A stretch of 64,000 nt of DNA from a virus. The notes beneath the pieces are model-generated. The model saw only the letters and a program-made list of their open reading frames with translations, did not search any database and had not been told where the DNA came from. This document shows positions 42,227 to 53,088 of the stretch, one piece after another. Position 1 is the first letter of the stretch. The number at the start of each line of letters is the position of its first letter. Made by a program: the position numbers and the translations under genes. The stretch covers positions 1 to 64,000 of IMG/VR virus record IMGVR_UViG_3300021962_000074; one strand, 5' to 3'.

Positions 42227-45200
42227 ATGGCAACAGAATTCAACATCGACCCATATTACGACGACTTTAAGCAGAACGCGAAAGAAAATAACTATGTTAA
42301 GATTCTTTTCAAGCCTGGAGTTTCCGTTCAGGCACGCGAACTGACTCAAATTCAGTCTATTCTACAGAATCAGATTAAAGCATTTGGTGATCACATCTTT
42401 CAAGATGGTTCCCCAGTTATAGGAGGAAATCTTTCTTTAGATAACAATATCACATATGTCAAATTAGATGACACCTATAACAATGAAGATATTGAGTTAG
42501 ATCAGTTTGACGGTAGAGTTATTGTTAGAGATTCTGATGGACTTGTGCAAGCCAAGGTTCTAGCGACATATTTCCCAGCTGGTGGTTCACCAACTCTAAT
42601 GGTGAAGTATGTCAGCGGTATCGAATTTGACGATGGTGATATTTTCAGAGTTGCAGGAACAACTCGCAGAGCCAAGTGTATTGACTCTCAGGCTACAGGA
42701 AGGGGAACCGTTGTTTCAATCAACGAAGGTATCTTCTATGTTGATGGGTACTTTATCGAAGTCTCTGAGCAAACTACTGTGGTCAGTGCATATTCTCAGC
42801 TTGCAAATGCTAAGATTGGTCTAGAAATTACTGACGAAGTTGTAGATTATGTGGTAGATTCTACATTGCTAGATCCAGCACAGGAGTCCTTCAACTATCA
42901 GGCTCCTGGTGCAGATCGCTATCAATTCAATCTATCTCTAAGCACCAGACCTCTAGAAACAGCTGTTGACGAATCAACTTTCTTTGAGTTGATGCGCGTC
43001 GAAAGTGGTGCTATCACTAAGCAAGTCAAGTACCCAATCTATTCAGAAATTGAAAAGACTCTGGCTAGAAGAACCTTTGATGAGTCTGGAGACTATACAG
43101 TTATTCCATTTAGAGCATCTGTCGCAAAATCCCAAGATGCTGCCAACTATATCATCAACATTGAGCCAGGAAAGGCTTATGTTAAGGGATTTGAGTTTGA
43201 AACTCTTGGCACATTTAAGATGGAAGTTGCTAAACCACGCGGTGAAACAGATCTGAAGAGTTTGATTGATATTGATTATGACACTTCATATGGCAATTAT
43301 ATCAAGGTCAAGGATCTATATGGTCCAAAAGATAGCGATGGAAATACATTTATTGATATAGAATCATTAGAGAGAGTTGATCTACACTTAGTAGACACAT
43401 CAAAGGTTGCTGTTGGTCATGGCACCGCAACCTCTCCTGCTATCTATGCAAATACTAAGATTGGAACTGCTCGAATTAGAAATATCAAGAGAGACCGATC
43501 ATCTGGAGCAGCTGACTATGATAGTGCTGGTGTTTATAGCATATATCTAGCAGACGTAAACATTGAACCAAAAACAGCAATTTTAACTGGTGGAACTAGC
43601 GATACTATCGTGCTGCCAGCAAATTTTTCTGCTGCAACTAATGCATATCAAAATGTAACCGTAACGATTCTACCAATTCAATTTACTACAGTCTCAGCTG
43701 CCGCAGATCTCTATGCTAATGGATATGTGACTACAACTGGAGCAGCATTTACAGGTACTGTGTACACTGGTGATGTTATTCGAATTGCTGATTACACCAG
43801 ACAAGTAATCAATGTTGCAGCCGACGGTAATTCGCTTCGTATGAATAGTGGCGTAACTGCTAATATCACTGGAGCAAGTTTGGATGTTTATGTACAGACT
43901 GCATATTCTTCTGGTGTGACAGGACAAACTCGTAAGATTGTAAGTTATAATGGTGGTACGCTAACAGCAACTTTAGATAGACCATTCGACGAAGGTGCTG
44001 CGCCAGTGGCAGGTGAGGTTGTACAATTAAACTACGCTCTAAAAGATATGGAATCTTTTATGGAGGCGAATGCAGCTGGAGCAGGTGTTGTCAACACTGC
44101 TGCAAACGTATCAGTACAAACAAGATTGATTAATGGAGATGTGGCTACATTTGAAAATGACGACAAGGTTTTAGTGTATCGTCTGCCTAAAAACTATGTG
44201 AAGCGTGGAGATGGAATAACTCCTGGTATCACAAACGTAGATTATGTACATACCAAATACCAATCAATTAATGCACCAACTTCAGCGTCATCTGGTGTGT
44301 TCAGATTTACTCTTGAGGCTCATGAAACAATTCCATGGTCATTTACTAACTCAAATGCTGAGGATAATCTAATTGTTGTCGCAAGACAAACTAGCGGCGC
44401 TGGTGCATCTGATGAAATATTGGTCGTTCCTGGTGCGAATATCTCCTCAGTTGTCAATGGTATTGAAATTGACACTGGTTTCCCAGATCTACAAAAGGTT
44501 GACGTTCTATGTAATGTTAAGAATAACGATGCTGAAAACAGAATCAGAACAAAGGTATTAAATAGCAATACCACCCCAACCTTATCTCCATTCAATTATC
44601 CAGCACCAACAGATCTTAATACAGATTATACTGTATCAGTTCCTGCATATGGTTCTGTTGCTAAGATTAACGTAGACAGTGGTATGGTGTTCATAACTGA
44701 TCCAACTTATACCAATATCTATCCTGGAGACTCAATTAATCTCTTTGTTCCAGATATTGTTAAAATTCGTAAGATTATCAAGGGAACTGTAAATGACCCA
44801 GCTGATTCTGGTAACTATACAGACATTACAGACCATTTTGTAGTCGACTATGGTCAGAAAGACGATATCTACGATCATGCCAAGTTGATATTAAAGCAAG
44901 GTTACCCATCACCAAATGCGCAAATGACAGTGCACTTCGATTTTTATGAGCATTTATATCCAGCTGGTGGTGATTCTACTTTCTTCTGCGTAGACTCTTA
45001 TGATTCTAGCATTGATGATGCTGGTAGCACTCCAATATACTACTCCTCAAAGAATGGCGTGTATGATCTGAGAGATTGTTTGGACTTCCGATCAACTCGT
45101 CAAATTGGTGTTTCGACTGGAGCAATTCAAACATGCGCTTTACCAGCACCAGACATCTCAACTGAATTGTCCTTCTCATATTATCTGCCAAGAATTGATA

Positions 45201-46777
45201 AGTTAGTATTGAGTAAGACCAAAGAGTTCAAGATTATTCAGGGTGTTTCTGCGCCAAACCCAGTTGCACCACCAGATCAAGAAGATTCAATGACTTTATA
45301 TGTCATCTATCTTCCACCATATGTAAACGACGTCAATAAGATTCGCCTACAGTATATCGAGAACAAACGATATACTATGAAAGACATCTCAAAGATTGAT
45401 AAGCGTGTAGATCGTATTGAATATTATACAGCTCTAAATTCTATTGAGAATAAAGCCTTTGACGATACTTCTCAGTATGAAGATGGTACGGAAAAGGAAA
45501 AGTATGGTATAATCGGTGAGAATTTCCGTAACTTTAACATTGCTGATTATCGTCATCCAGATTTCAACTGCAGTATGGTAAGAAATGCACTAACACCATT
45601 CTTCAAGAATAGAGTAAATGGTACTAAGATAGTTTCAACTTCAAACGCAACTGAAAACGAAAAGACTATCACCATGGCATATACTGAAGTTCCTGCAATC
45701 GTACAGGGCGTGGCAACTGAGAAGATTGTATCTGTGCAGCCATTCTTGTTTGGCACATTTATGGGTGATCTAAGAATCACTCCAGATATTGACTACTGGG
45801 TTGCAACTGATCTCAAGCCAGAAATTATTCGTGGTCCTGAGTATACAAAGGAAGTCAATACAATTACAAATACAGTCACCAAAGAAATTATTAAAGAAAT
45901 TAATACAACTCAGGTAATTGTTGAGAGAGTGAAAGAAAGAACAGTTATTGTGACTGTACCTGCTCCTGCTGTGAATAACTCACCAGCTCTAATTGAGGTT
46001 CCAAAAACTGATCCTCCACCTCCTGAACCAGAAGATGAGAGACCAGTACAAAAAGATCCTCCACCACCCGTGGTTGTGGATGAGCCAACTCCTGTTCCTC
46101 CACCAGCTCCAGAACCTGAGCCTGAGCCAGAAGTTGAGGTATTGCCAGACATTATCTCGCCAATTATTATTCCTGCAGAAACGCAGCCTGAAGATCCTCC
46201 ATATGAGCCACCTCCGCCAGAGCCAGAGGTTGAGGCTACTATTGCGCCAGAGCCTATTGTAGCATCTACATCTTCAACAACATCGTTTGGTGGTGGTGGA
46301 TGTGTTGCATTGGAAAGTTTTGTTCCTGTGGTTGAAGGTAACTCAGTAAACGGAAAACCAGTTGATCAAGCCTATCAAGTTGCAAGAATGCACAAGTTAC
46401 TATTATGTGATCTAAATACTTTGTCAAATGTTGAAGGTAAGGTCAAGGATTCATTTGTTGATTATCAAGTATGTCATAATGTCGTAACTGAATCTGGAGC
46501 GTCATTGGTATGTTCTGATACTGCTCCAATACCAACTAAGGATAATGGTATCAAGAATCCACCTGAGTTGGTTGGTGAGTTGGTGCCAGTACTTCGTAAT
46601 AACAGTATTACATGGGAAAAAGTTGTTTCAAACGAAAATATGGGATATAAGTTTGTGAAGGTTATTGATGCGTATGACAATTACTTCTGGGCTGGTGCTA
46701 CAGCTGATGCGTTCATACTACACCACAATATCATTTCTCAATTTAGAATTCAAGATCTAAGTTACGACAAGAAATAA
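42227..46777 (+). CDS. DUF4815/VrlC-like virion protein, N-terminal half, with Pro-rich linker and C-terminal Hint domain
   Basis: PYYDDF, VQARELTQ.QSILQNQ, APGADR, LARRTFDESGDY, YYLPRIDK, RYTMKDI; GGGG-C...HHN. Confidence 0.88.
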   Translation: MATEFNIDPYYDDFKQNAKENNYVKILFKPGVSVQARELTQIQSILQNQIKAFGDHIFQDGSPVIGGNLSLDNNITYVKLDDTYNNEDIELDQFDGRVIVRDSDGLVQAKVLATYFPAGGSPTLMVKYVSGIEFDDGDIFRVAGTTRRAKCIDSQATGRGTVVSINEGIFYVDGYFIEVSEQTTVVSAYSQLANAKIGLEITDEVVDYVVDSTLLDPAQESFNYQAPGADRYQFNLSLSTRPLETAVDESTFFELMRVESGAITKQVKYPIYSEIEKTLARRTFDESGDYTVIPFRASVAKSQDAANYIINIEPGKAYVKGFEFETLGTFKMEVAKPRGETDLKSLIDIDYDTSYGNYIKVKDLYGPKDSDGNTFIDIESLERVDLHLVDTSKVAVGHGTATSPAIYANTKIGTARIRNIKRDRSSGAADYDSAGVYSIYLADVNIEPKTAILTGGTSDTIVLPANFSAATNAYQNVTVTILPIQFTTVSAAADLYANGYVTTTGAAFTGTVYTGDVIRIADYTRQVINVAADGNSLRMNSGVTANITGASLDVYVQTAYSSGVTGQTRKIVSYNGGTLTATLDRPFDEGAAPVAGEVVQLNYALKDMESFMEANAAGAGVVNTAANVSVQTRLINGDVATFENDDKVLVYRLPKNYVKRGDGITPGITNVDYVHTKYQSINAPTSASSGVFRFTLEAHETIPWSFTNSNAEDNLIVVARQTSGAGASDEILVVPGANISSVVNGIEIDTGFPDLQKVDVLCNVKNNDAENRIRTKVLNSNTTPTLSPFNYPAPTDLNTDYTVSVPAYGSVAKINVDSGMVFITDPTYTNIYPGDSINLFVPDIVKIRKIIKGTVNDPADSGNYTDITDHFVVDYGQKDDIYDHAKLILKQGYPSPNAQMTVHFDFYEHLYPAGGDSTFFCVDSYDSSIDDAGSTPIYYSSKNGVYDLRDCLDFRSTRQIGVSTGAIQTCALPAPDISTELSFSYYLPRIDKLVLSKTKEFKIIQGVSAPNPVAPPDQEDSMTLYVIYLPPYVNDVNKIRLQYIENKRYTMKDISKIDKRVDRIEYYTALNSIENKAFDDTSQYEDGTEKEKYGIIGENFRNFNIADYRHPDFNCSMVRNALTPFFKNRVNGTKIVSTSNATENEKTITMAYTEVPAIVQGVATEKIVSVQPFLFGTFMGDLRITPDIDYWVATDLKPEIIRGPEYTKEVNTITNTVTKEIIKEINTTQVIVERVKERTVIVTVPAPAVNNSPALIEVPKTDPPPPEPEDERPVQKDPPPPVVVDEPTPVPPPAPEPEPEPEVEVLPDIISPIIIPAETQPEDPPYEPPPPEPEVEATIAPEPIVASTSSTTSFGGGGCVALESFVPVVEGNSVNGKPVDQAYQVARMHKLLLCDLNTLSNVEGKVKDSFVDYQVCHNVVTESGASLVCSDTAPIPTKDNGIKNPPELVGELVPVLRNNSITWEKVVSNENMGYKFVKVIDAYDNYFWAGATADAFILHHNIISQFRIQDLSYDKK
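46301..46729 (+). other. Hint (intein-like) domain, 143 aa
   Basis: Block A CVALESFV, block B SLVCSDTAP, block F VKVID..NYFWAG, block G LHHN followed by Ile. Confidence 0.75.
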
Positions 46778-46788
46778 GGGTAATTTAA

Positions 46789-49700
46789 ATGGCAGACATT
46801 TTTGTACAACAAGGAACTCTAGTATCAGAAGTTTCTTTGATTCCATTTATCCGCAAACAAGATATTGTTTTCGATGCTGATAATCTTCGCCCATATAAAA
46901 TTGCGCGTATGTTTTTTGACGAGATTGCGGTTAATCGCTGGTGTCAAAAGTCAAATAAAATTGTACTAAACTCTAAGAAAAGATTAACTGTCAACGCAAA
47001 TAGCGCATTAGCGCACTCAGGAAACACAGTATATCAAGGAACTTCCTTCGAAGGAGCAACTTTTACTGCGAAGGTCGACACGTTTAATAGTGGAACTGGC
47101 ATACTTGTAATCAACAATATGTCAGGTAATTTTGATGAGAGTGCTGTAGTTTATGTGCAAAACGCCAACGGAACTACTGCATTCAGCGGAAACATTATTT
47201 CAATCACCAATCAAAATACATCAGATATTTTCTATGGTGGTGAAGAATTAATTTGTCCAAATAATAATATTTTCTTCCAAGTAATTGGCACTTCTGGTGA
47301 AAATATTCTATATGTAAATGAAAACTTCGTAACTATTGACGTCTCTACCACTGATCAGGCGTATATATCTCAATTTAAAGTCGGTGAGTTAGTATTCCAA
47401 AATCCGACTGGTGTGAATAGAGCCAACTTGAGATCTTATCTTGCAAAAGTTGTTTATGTAACACCAACTGGCGGTTCCATTTCTCTACAGACAATTAATG
47501 GAACATTGAATGTTCATCCAACTGATACAGAAGCAAGACTGTGGAATGGATCAAACCGATCTGTGCAAAATCCTTTGCAGTGTAACGATGTTAAGTTGTA
47601 TGACATGCAAGCGAATAATGTCATAACATCAATCAAGAATCCTACCAAGAACGTATCAATAGTTTCCCACATACACAGTTCTGGTATCATCGCTAACACT
47701 GATGCTGCTACAGATTTAAGTGCAGATTACATATATGTCAGTTCATCCAATACCAGTATCGCTAATGGAAATCTAATGTATTTCACAGCTGGATCTGGTC
47801 TAGGTCAGCTGCGAAGAGTTATAGAAATTGACGGAAAGAAAATTAGGTTGAATTCTGCTCTTACAATCAATCCAACACATACAACCAAGTATTCATTGGG
47901 CAATCATGTTGTTGACGAAAATGGTTCATTGTCAGGTATCTTCAATCTCCCAGCTGAACCAAACTTCAAGTTCAAGACTGGTGAGAGAGTATTCACCGTA
48001 ACAGACACTAATAAACTATCAGATACTGACTTCACAATGAAGGCTTCTGCCAAGTTTACTGCTAGTGGTTTATTGAACAAGGCTCAGAGAATTGTGACGA
48101 CTCCAATCAATCGTCCAATGCCTGAGTATAATCCAGATAATCCGATTACTCCATTAGATCCAACAGAAAGAACATATAATTCAACTACCACGACTCAGCC
48201 AGTTGTGGGTACTACCACTACTGATATCCCAAGAATTCAGATTTCTGACGGATTGTCACAAACATTCTTTACGCCAAAAACCAAAGGCAACAAAGTAAAT
48301 AGTGGCATTTTTGCAACATCCATTGATTTGTTCTTTAAAAATAAACCAAGCACAGCAAATGGATCTCTGCAATTACCTGTAACTGTTAAAATTGCTGAAG
48401 TGAAAAATGGTTATCCAACCAAAAACTATTTGGCTGCTAAGACAATTAAGGCTAAAGATGTGAAGGTTTCAACTAACCCAAGTACATCAAATGCTGCAAC
48501 ATATACCAAGTTTACTTTCAATGATCCAGTCTATCTATTACCAGACAGTGAGTATGCAATCGTAGTTTCTTCTGAATCGCCAGAATACGAACTATACATT
48601 GCGGAGATTGGTGGTAATGTGTTAGGTGCTGATCCTCCTCGTCGTATTTCTGAACAACCATATGCTGGTTCATTGTTCAAGTCTCAAAACGCTACAACTT
48701 GGACTCCATACCAGAATCAAGATTTGATGTTCGTTGTCAATAAGGCGAAATTTAATATTGGCACTTCATCAAGTGCTACATTCAATCTTGAGGTTCCTCC
48801 TGGTTATACGCAAAATGTGGATAGAGTAATGTTGCACAGCAACCAATTAACTTTCCCCAAAGCGAGCATTGATTACAGAGTAAAGAGCACATATAAATCA
48901 AACAACAATTTCGAAAGTGTTGGATATTATGTGGCACCACATAAGCAATTCTTATATGGTAATCTATTAGACGCTGCGGTCAGAAAGACTTCTTTATCTA
49001 ATACAAACAGTCGATTGATTCAGTTTGGTAACGCAAACAGTATCATGATCGTTACTGAGTTTGCTTCTTCTGACGAAGACATTAGTCCAGTGTTTAACCA
49101 AGAATCTCTCTCAGTCATCACATCTGAGCACAATATTAATAACGGTGAACTTCCAAATACAGTAATCAGCGTTGTTAATCGCGGTGTTGGATACAATGCA
49201 GTGGTCACAACAGGCAACTCAATCCACACTCATTCTGGTGGAACAGAAACAGACACTGATCTAGCAGATGCGGCTCAGGCGTTCAGAGAAACTTTCCTGG
49301 ACACCGATTATGATGTAGGTTTTTATGCTATATCTATTTCTGGTGGCGGTGGTACTGGTGCGAATGGATTTGCTGTAGCCAACACTACTGGCACAGAAAC
49401 GATAGACTATATCGTAATTACAGAAGGTGGATCTGGATATATTGAAAATCCAACTATCACCATTGCTCCTGGTAACACTGCAACTTCCGTAACTGCTGCA
49501 GCGATTATTAATGGTGAAACTGGTAAGAGCGGTGGTAATATTCGCGCTAAATATTTAACAAGACAAATAGTCCTAGAAGATGGATTTGAGTCTGGAGATC
49601 TTAGAGTATTCATGGATTGTATTAGACCAAACGGAACTGATATCCAAGTATATTATAAAGTGTTGTCTGGAGAAGATTCAGATAGATTCACTGATAAAAG

Positions 49701-49938
49701 ATGGGTTCGTATGTTGAAAAAGGTGGATAAGAACTCTAAGAGTTTGCGAGATATAATTGAACTAGAATTTAAGCCAAATCTAGATGAAAACAAATTATAT
49801 TATTTCGATAGTGGTCAAAAGTATCCTATCGGCGACAAGTTTAAGTATTTTGCAATCAAGGTTTGTATGTTATCTGAAGACGAGGCAGTTATACCAACTA
49901 TTCGAAATCTTCGTATTATAGCTGCTCCAGAGGGATAA
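46789..49938 (+). CDS. VrlC-like virion protein, C-terminal half
   Basis: IPFIR...F.A.NL.P, DGLSQTF, TSIDLFF..K, NGYP, GSLFKSQN..TW, AKY.TR. Confidence 0.85.
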   Translation: MADIFVQQGTLVSEVSLIPFIRKQDIVFDADNLRPYKIARMFFDEIAVNRWCQKSNKIVLNSKKRLTVNANSALAHSGNTVYQGTSFEGATFTAKVDTFNSGTGILVINNMSGNFDESAVVYVQNANGTTAFSGNIISITNQNTSDIFYGGEELICPNNNIFFQVIGTSGENILYVNENFVTIDVSTTDQAYISQFKVGELVFQNPTGVNRANLRSYLAKVVYVTPTGGSISLQTINGTLNVHPTDTEARLWNGSNRSVQNPLQCNDVKLYDMQANNVITSIKNPTKNVSIVSHIHSSGIIANTDAATDLSADYIYVSSSNTSIANGNLMYFTAGSGLGQLRRVIEIDGKKIRLNSALTINPTHTTKYSLGNHVVDENGSLSGIFNLPAEPNFKFKTGERVFTVTDTNKLSDTDFTMKASAKFTASGLLNKAQRIVTTPINRPMPEYNPDNPITPLDPTERTYNSTTTTQPVVGTTTTDIPRIQISDGLSQTFFTPKTKGNKVNSGIFATSIDLFFKNKPSTANGSLQLPVTVKIAEVKNGYPTKNYLAAKTIKAKDVKVSTNPSTSNAATYTKFTFNDPVYLLPDSEYAIVVSSESPEYELYIAEIGGNVLGADPPRRISEQPYAGSLFKSQNATTWTPYQNQDLMFVVNKAKFNIGTSSSATFNLEVPPGYTQNVDRVMLHSNQLTFPKASIDYRVKSTYKSNNNFESVGYYVAPHKQFLYGNLLDAAVRKTSLSNTNSRLIQFGNANSIMIVTEFASSDEDISPVFNQESLSVITSEHNINNGELPNTVISVVNRGVGYNAVVTTGNSIHTHSGGTETDTDLADAAQAFRETFLDTDYDVGFYAISISGGGGTGANGFAVANTTGTETIDYIVITEGGSGYIENPTITIAPGNTATSVTAAAIINGETGKSGGNIRAKYLTRQIVLEDGFESGDLRVFMDCIRPNGTDIQVYYKVLSGEDSDRFTDKRWVRMLKKVDKNSKSLRDIIELEFKPNLDENKLYYFDSGQKYPIGDKFKYFAIKVCMLSEDEAVIPTIRNLRIIAAPEG

Positions 49939-49939
49939 T

Positions 49940-50149
49940 ATGAAATTAAAAGTTAAGGAAAATGAGAAATTTGTGAGAGACTCAAATAACTTAGCAATCT
50001 TAAACACTGATGAGAATGCTATAAAGAAGCATGAACTTAAAATGGAACAGCTTCGTAAACAGAAAGAGCGCGATAGAGAAATCCAGACGATAAAGAACGA
50101 TTTAGCGGAACTAAAACAATTATTGAGAGATCTAGTAAATGGCAAGTAG
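49940..50149 (+). CDS. small coiled-coil protein
   Basis: VRD....AILN.D...IKNDLAELKQLL; usual position after VrlC. Confidence 0.75.
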   Translation: MKLKVKENEKFVRDSNNLAILNTDENAIKKHELKMEQLRKQKERDREIQTIKNDLAELKQLLRDLVNGK

Positions 50150-52487
50150 TACAAATATCAGTGATGTAGCAACAGCCAATACGTTTGACGAATGGCGTAT
50201 ACAGACTAATTTGATTGGCGATGATGCCAATGAAATTGCTCGCGGCGATTTTATCAAACCTGCAGGAAATGTTACCATTAGCGATGGTTATTTGCTACTA
50301 GATAAGGGATCTGGAATCACTCTAGAAGTCGACGCAGATGCTCGCGTCTCTGGTCTTCTGGATCTGAAGAATCTAGAACAAGACGCTGATGGATATTTGT
50401 ATAGCGAAGCAGGTGATATACAGTTTCAGAATGCGGAAGTCATTATACAAGTTGCTGGAAACACTCACACCAGATTTTTGTTCAATAACACATACTCAAG
50501 TTTAGCAAACGTCAATGCCAATGGATACATAGAAACCACTGGCGTTCACTCTAATAATGATTTGTTCATGAACATTGCAAATGTTCTGAAAGTGAATACT
50601 ACTGGAACTGTAAACATCAGTGCATCTGCCACATCTCAAGGTAATTTAAACGTAGCCAATCTACATGTCGAAACACACGCAGATATAGTTAGCGCATTTG
50701 TTGGTAGTTTGGAAGTCGATACTCTAACAACCAATAGCCCTATCCAAGGTGAGGCTGAAATCGCTGCAGGAACTTATAGATTAAGAGTTGGTGCTTTAAC
50801 CGACGGCGATGGTTCTTTTGGAGTTTGGAGAGGAAGTTCTACTAAAGGTAATGCTTGGATTGAGTTCTCATCTGGAGATGAAGTTTGGAAAGTAACCAAC
50901 AGCGATATGGGTCTGGATGGATTGGGTGGTAATCCTGCTACATACTACACTATTTTGACAACTGCAAATCTAACTAATGATCTTGCAAACACTAGCCAAT
51001 ACGCTATTCCTTCTGCGTTTTTAGCGAATTCAATTTACGAAACACTAAGTTCAACTAACGAAGCCGCTGATGCTGCTGCGAATACAACTAGCGTTTCTGC
51101 TAATAGCGGCTCTGTTCTATACAAGAGAGTAGTAAATTTCGTAAACACAGAACAAGTTATAGTCTCTGTGGCAGAATCAACACAACCAGGATTTCAAGGC
51201 ACTGTTGCAAATGTCTCATTCACAGTAACAGAGGCAGTTGGTCGTCAGGGTTCTCCAGGTGTACAAGGTGCGCAAGGTGTTCAAGGTGACCGCGGAATAC
51301 AAGGTGCACAAGGCTTGCAGGGCGCGCAAGGTGTTCAAGGTCTAATTGGCAGACAAGGTGACCGCGGAATACAAGGTGCACAAGGCTTGCAGGGCGCGCA
51401 AGGTGTTCAAGGTCTAATCGGTAGACAGGGCGAAAAGGGTGATGTTGGTATTCAAGGTGTACAAGGTCTTGCTGGTACATATGGAGTTAGAGGTGGTGTT
51501 GAATATAAGATGGACACCACTGTTAATGGAACTCCAGCAAGCGGAGAAATCACATTTAGTAGCAGTACTGCATCATCTATATCAATTATTAAGATTCATG
51601 AAACTGATAGAAGAGGCGTAGATCAAAGTGCATTTATTGGAGCATGGGATGATAATTCAGCGCCAGTGAGTGGAATAAGAGGATATCTGACCATTCAGTC
51701 TCGCGATCCCACCAGTTCTGATTTTATTGCATTTAGAATTACTGGTGCAATTACTGATTCTGGTACTTATCGTCAAGTTCCAGTAAGTTATGTCAGCGGA
51801 TCTATTCCAGGCAACAACAATGAGTTGGCAGTAAACTTCTCAGCAACTGGTGACGTTGGAGCGCAAGGGGCAAACGGTGCTGATGGTTCTCAGGGTCCAG
51901 CTGGTGTTCAGGGTAGACAAGGAACTCAAGGTCCACAAGGGCGTCAAGGACTCAAGGGTGATAAAGGTGATACTGGCGACGCTGGTGCAGTAGGCGTTCA
52001 GGGTAGACAAGGAACTCAAGGTCCACAAGGTTCTGCTGGACCAAGTAATGTACTTAATGCATCTAGCACTACAGGAGCGCAATATCTAGTCGGTTCTCCA
52101 GGAACAGGTAATCAGACTCCTTATATCAGCTCAGTATACATGAGTGGTAATCAAGTCTATGCTGTTGACTTTAACGCAACTTCTGACGCCAAGTTCAAGG
52201 ATGTCATTGGTGCGATTGAAGATCCAGTGATCAAGGTAAATGCTCTTGAGGGTATTGAATACACTTGGAATGCATTGGCTAAAGAACAAGGACTGTCCGA
52301 AGCTGATGATGCCAGCGTTCAAATAGGTTTGATTGCGCAGGAAGTGGAAAAAGTCTATCCATCATTAGTCACTGAACTAAATGGCAATAAGGCAGTTAGA
52401 TATTCTAAGGTTGTGGCATTGTTGATTGAGGCAGTCAAAGAACTCAATGCGAGAGTGAAGAAACTAGAAGAAAAACTGGGTGAATAA
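50139..52487 (+). CDS. fibre protein with collagen repeats and C-terminal intramolecular chaperone (peptidase S74)
   Basis: NTFDEWR..TN; G-X-Q tracts; SDAKFK...GLIAQEVEKV.P.LV...LLIEAVKEL. Confidence 0.85.
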   Translation: MASSTNISDVATANTFDEWRIQTNLIGDDANEIARGDFIKPAGNVTISDGYLLLDKGSGITLEVDADARVSGLLDLKNLEQDADGYLYSEAGDIQFQNAEVIIQVAGNTHTRFLFNNTYSSLANVNANGYIETTGVHSNNDLFMNIANVLKVNTTGTVNISASATSQGNLNVANLHVETHADIVSAFVGSLEVDTLTTNSPIQGEAEIAAGTYRLRVGALTDGDGSFGVWRGSSTKGNAWIEFSSGDEVWKVTNSDMGLDGLGGNPATYYTILTTANLTNDLANTSQYAIPSAFLANSIYETLSSTNEAADAAANTTSVSANSGSVLYKRVVNFVNTEQVIVSVAESTQPGFQGTVANVSFTVTEAVGRQGSPGVQGAQGVQGDRGIQGAQGLQGAQGVQGLIGRQGDRGIQGAQGLQGAQGVQGLIGRQGEKGDVGIQGVQGLAGTYGVRGGVEYKMDTTVNGTPASGEITFSSSTASSISIIKIHETDRRGVDQSAFIGAWDDNSAPVSGIRGYLTIQSRDPTSSDFIAFRITGAITDSGTYRQVPVSYVSGSIPGNNNELAVNFSATGDVGAQGANGADGSQGPAGVQGRQGTQGPQGRQGLKGDKGDTGDAGAVGVQGRQGTQGPQGSAGPSNVLNASSTTGAQYLVGSPGTGNQTPYISSVYMSGNQVYAVDFNATSDAKFKDVIGAIEDPVIKVNALEGIEYTWNALAKEQGLSEADDASVQIGLIAQEVEKVYPSLVTELNGNKAVRYSKVVALLIEAVKELNARVKKLEEKLGE
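51282..51425 (+). repeat. 72-nt near-perfect tandem duplication in collagen tract
   Basis: [24 protein letters not shown] twice. Confidence 0.85.
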
Positions 52488-52489
52488 AG

Positions 52490-53047
52490 ATGGCTCTACA
52501 ATCCAGCGCAAGTGGTGCAGATCCTCTAAAATTGAGCGAAGTTAAGGCAGAATTTGGTGGGGCTACCAATCCAAAATTATCAGATTATTTGAGGGGTGGG
52601 TCTTATGTACCAAACATTAATCCAAATAGTGGTGTAGATTCCTCTTTGCCAATTAATTTATTGAGTTTGCTTGGTTCTCTAGTTCCATTAAATGAATATA
52701 CAGTAACTGTTGGTATAAGTGGTAATAATTATGGATATGGTGTGGCTGGATATGGATCTTTGGCAACAATAAAAAATACGATGTCTCCTTGGGGTGCTAT
52801 AGCAACCATTTCTTGGAACAATTCAAATGAAAATATCACTTTGGTTGTGACTAGCGCGGCTTCAATAACAAAAACTGGATCTTTCACTGGAATGGAAGTT
52901 GTTACAGGTCAAGCATATGCCAGTTCAGCTGCAACTTACAATCAAAACGGTGTAGCTGGAGCATATAGTCAATCCTGGGTATGGGGTCCTACTCCCAATG
53001 TATTCGGAGTCGTTAATGGCGCTACAAGAAAATTATATTTTTGGTAA
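52490..53047 (+). CDS. putative fibre-tip adhesin
   Basis: MALQSS...LSEVKAEFGG...LSDY.RGG N-terminal module, follows S74 fibre. Confidence 0.6.
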   Translation: MALQSSASGADPLKLSEVKAEFGGATNPKLSDYLRGGSYVPNINPNSGVDSSLPINLLSLLGSLVPLNEYTVTVGISGNNYGYGVAGYGSLATIKNTMSPWGAIATISWNNSNENITLVVTSAASITKTGSFTGMEVVTGQAYASSAATYNQNGVAGAYSQSWVWGPTPNVFGVVNGATRKLYFW

Positions 53048-53049
53048 AA

Positions 53050-53057
53050 CCTAAATA
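53050..53057 (+). promoter_or_regulatory. late promoter (CCTAAATA)
   Basis: Intergenic TAAATA. Confidence 0.55.
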
Positions 53058-53088
53058 CAATGACACCTCACACCTTTAGAGAGCAAGA

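Noticed and set aside
46301-46729. Canonical splicing intein
   Set aside because: +1 residue is Ile, block B His is missing and the C-extein is only 15 aa; kept as a Hint autoprocessing domain
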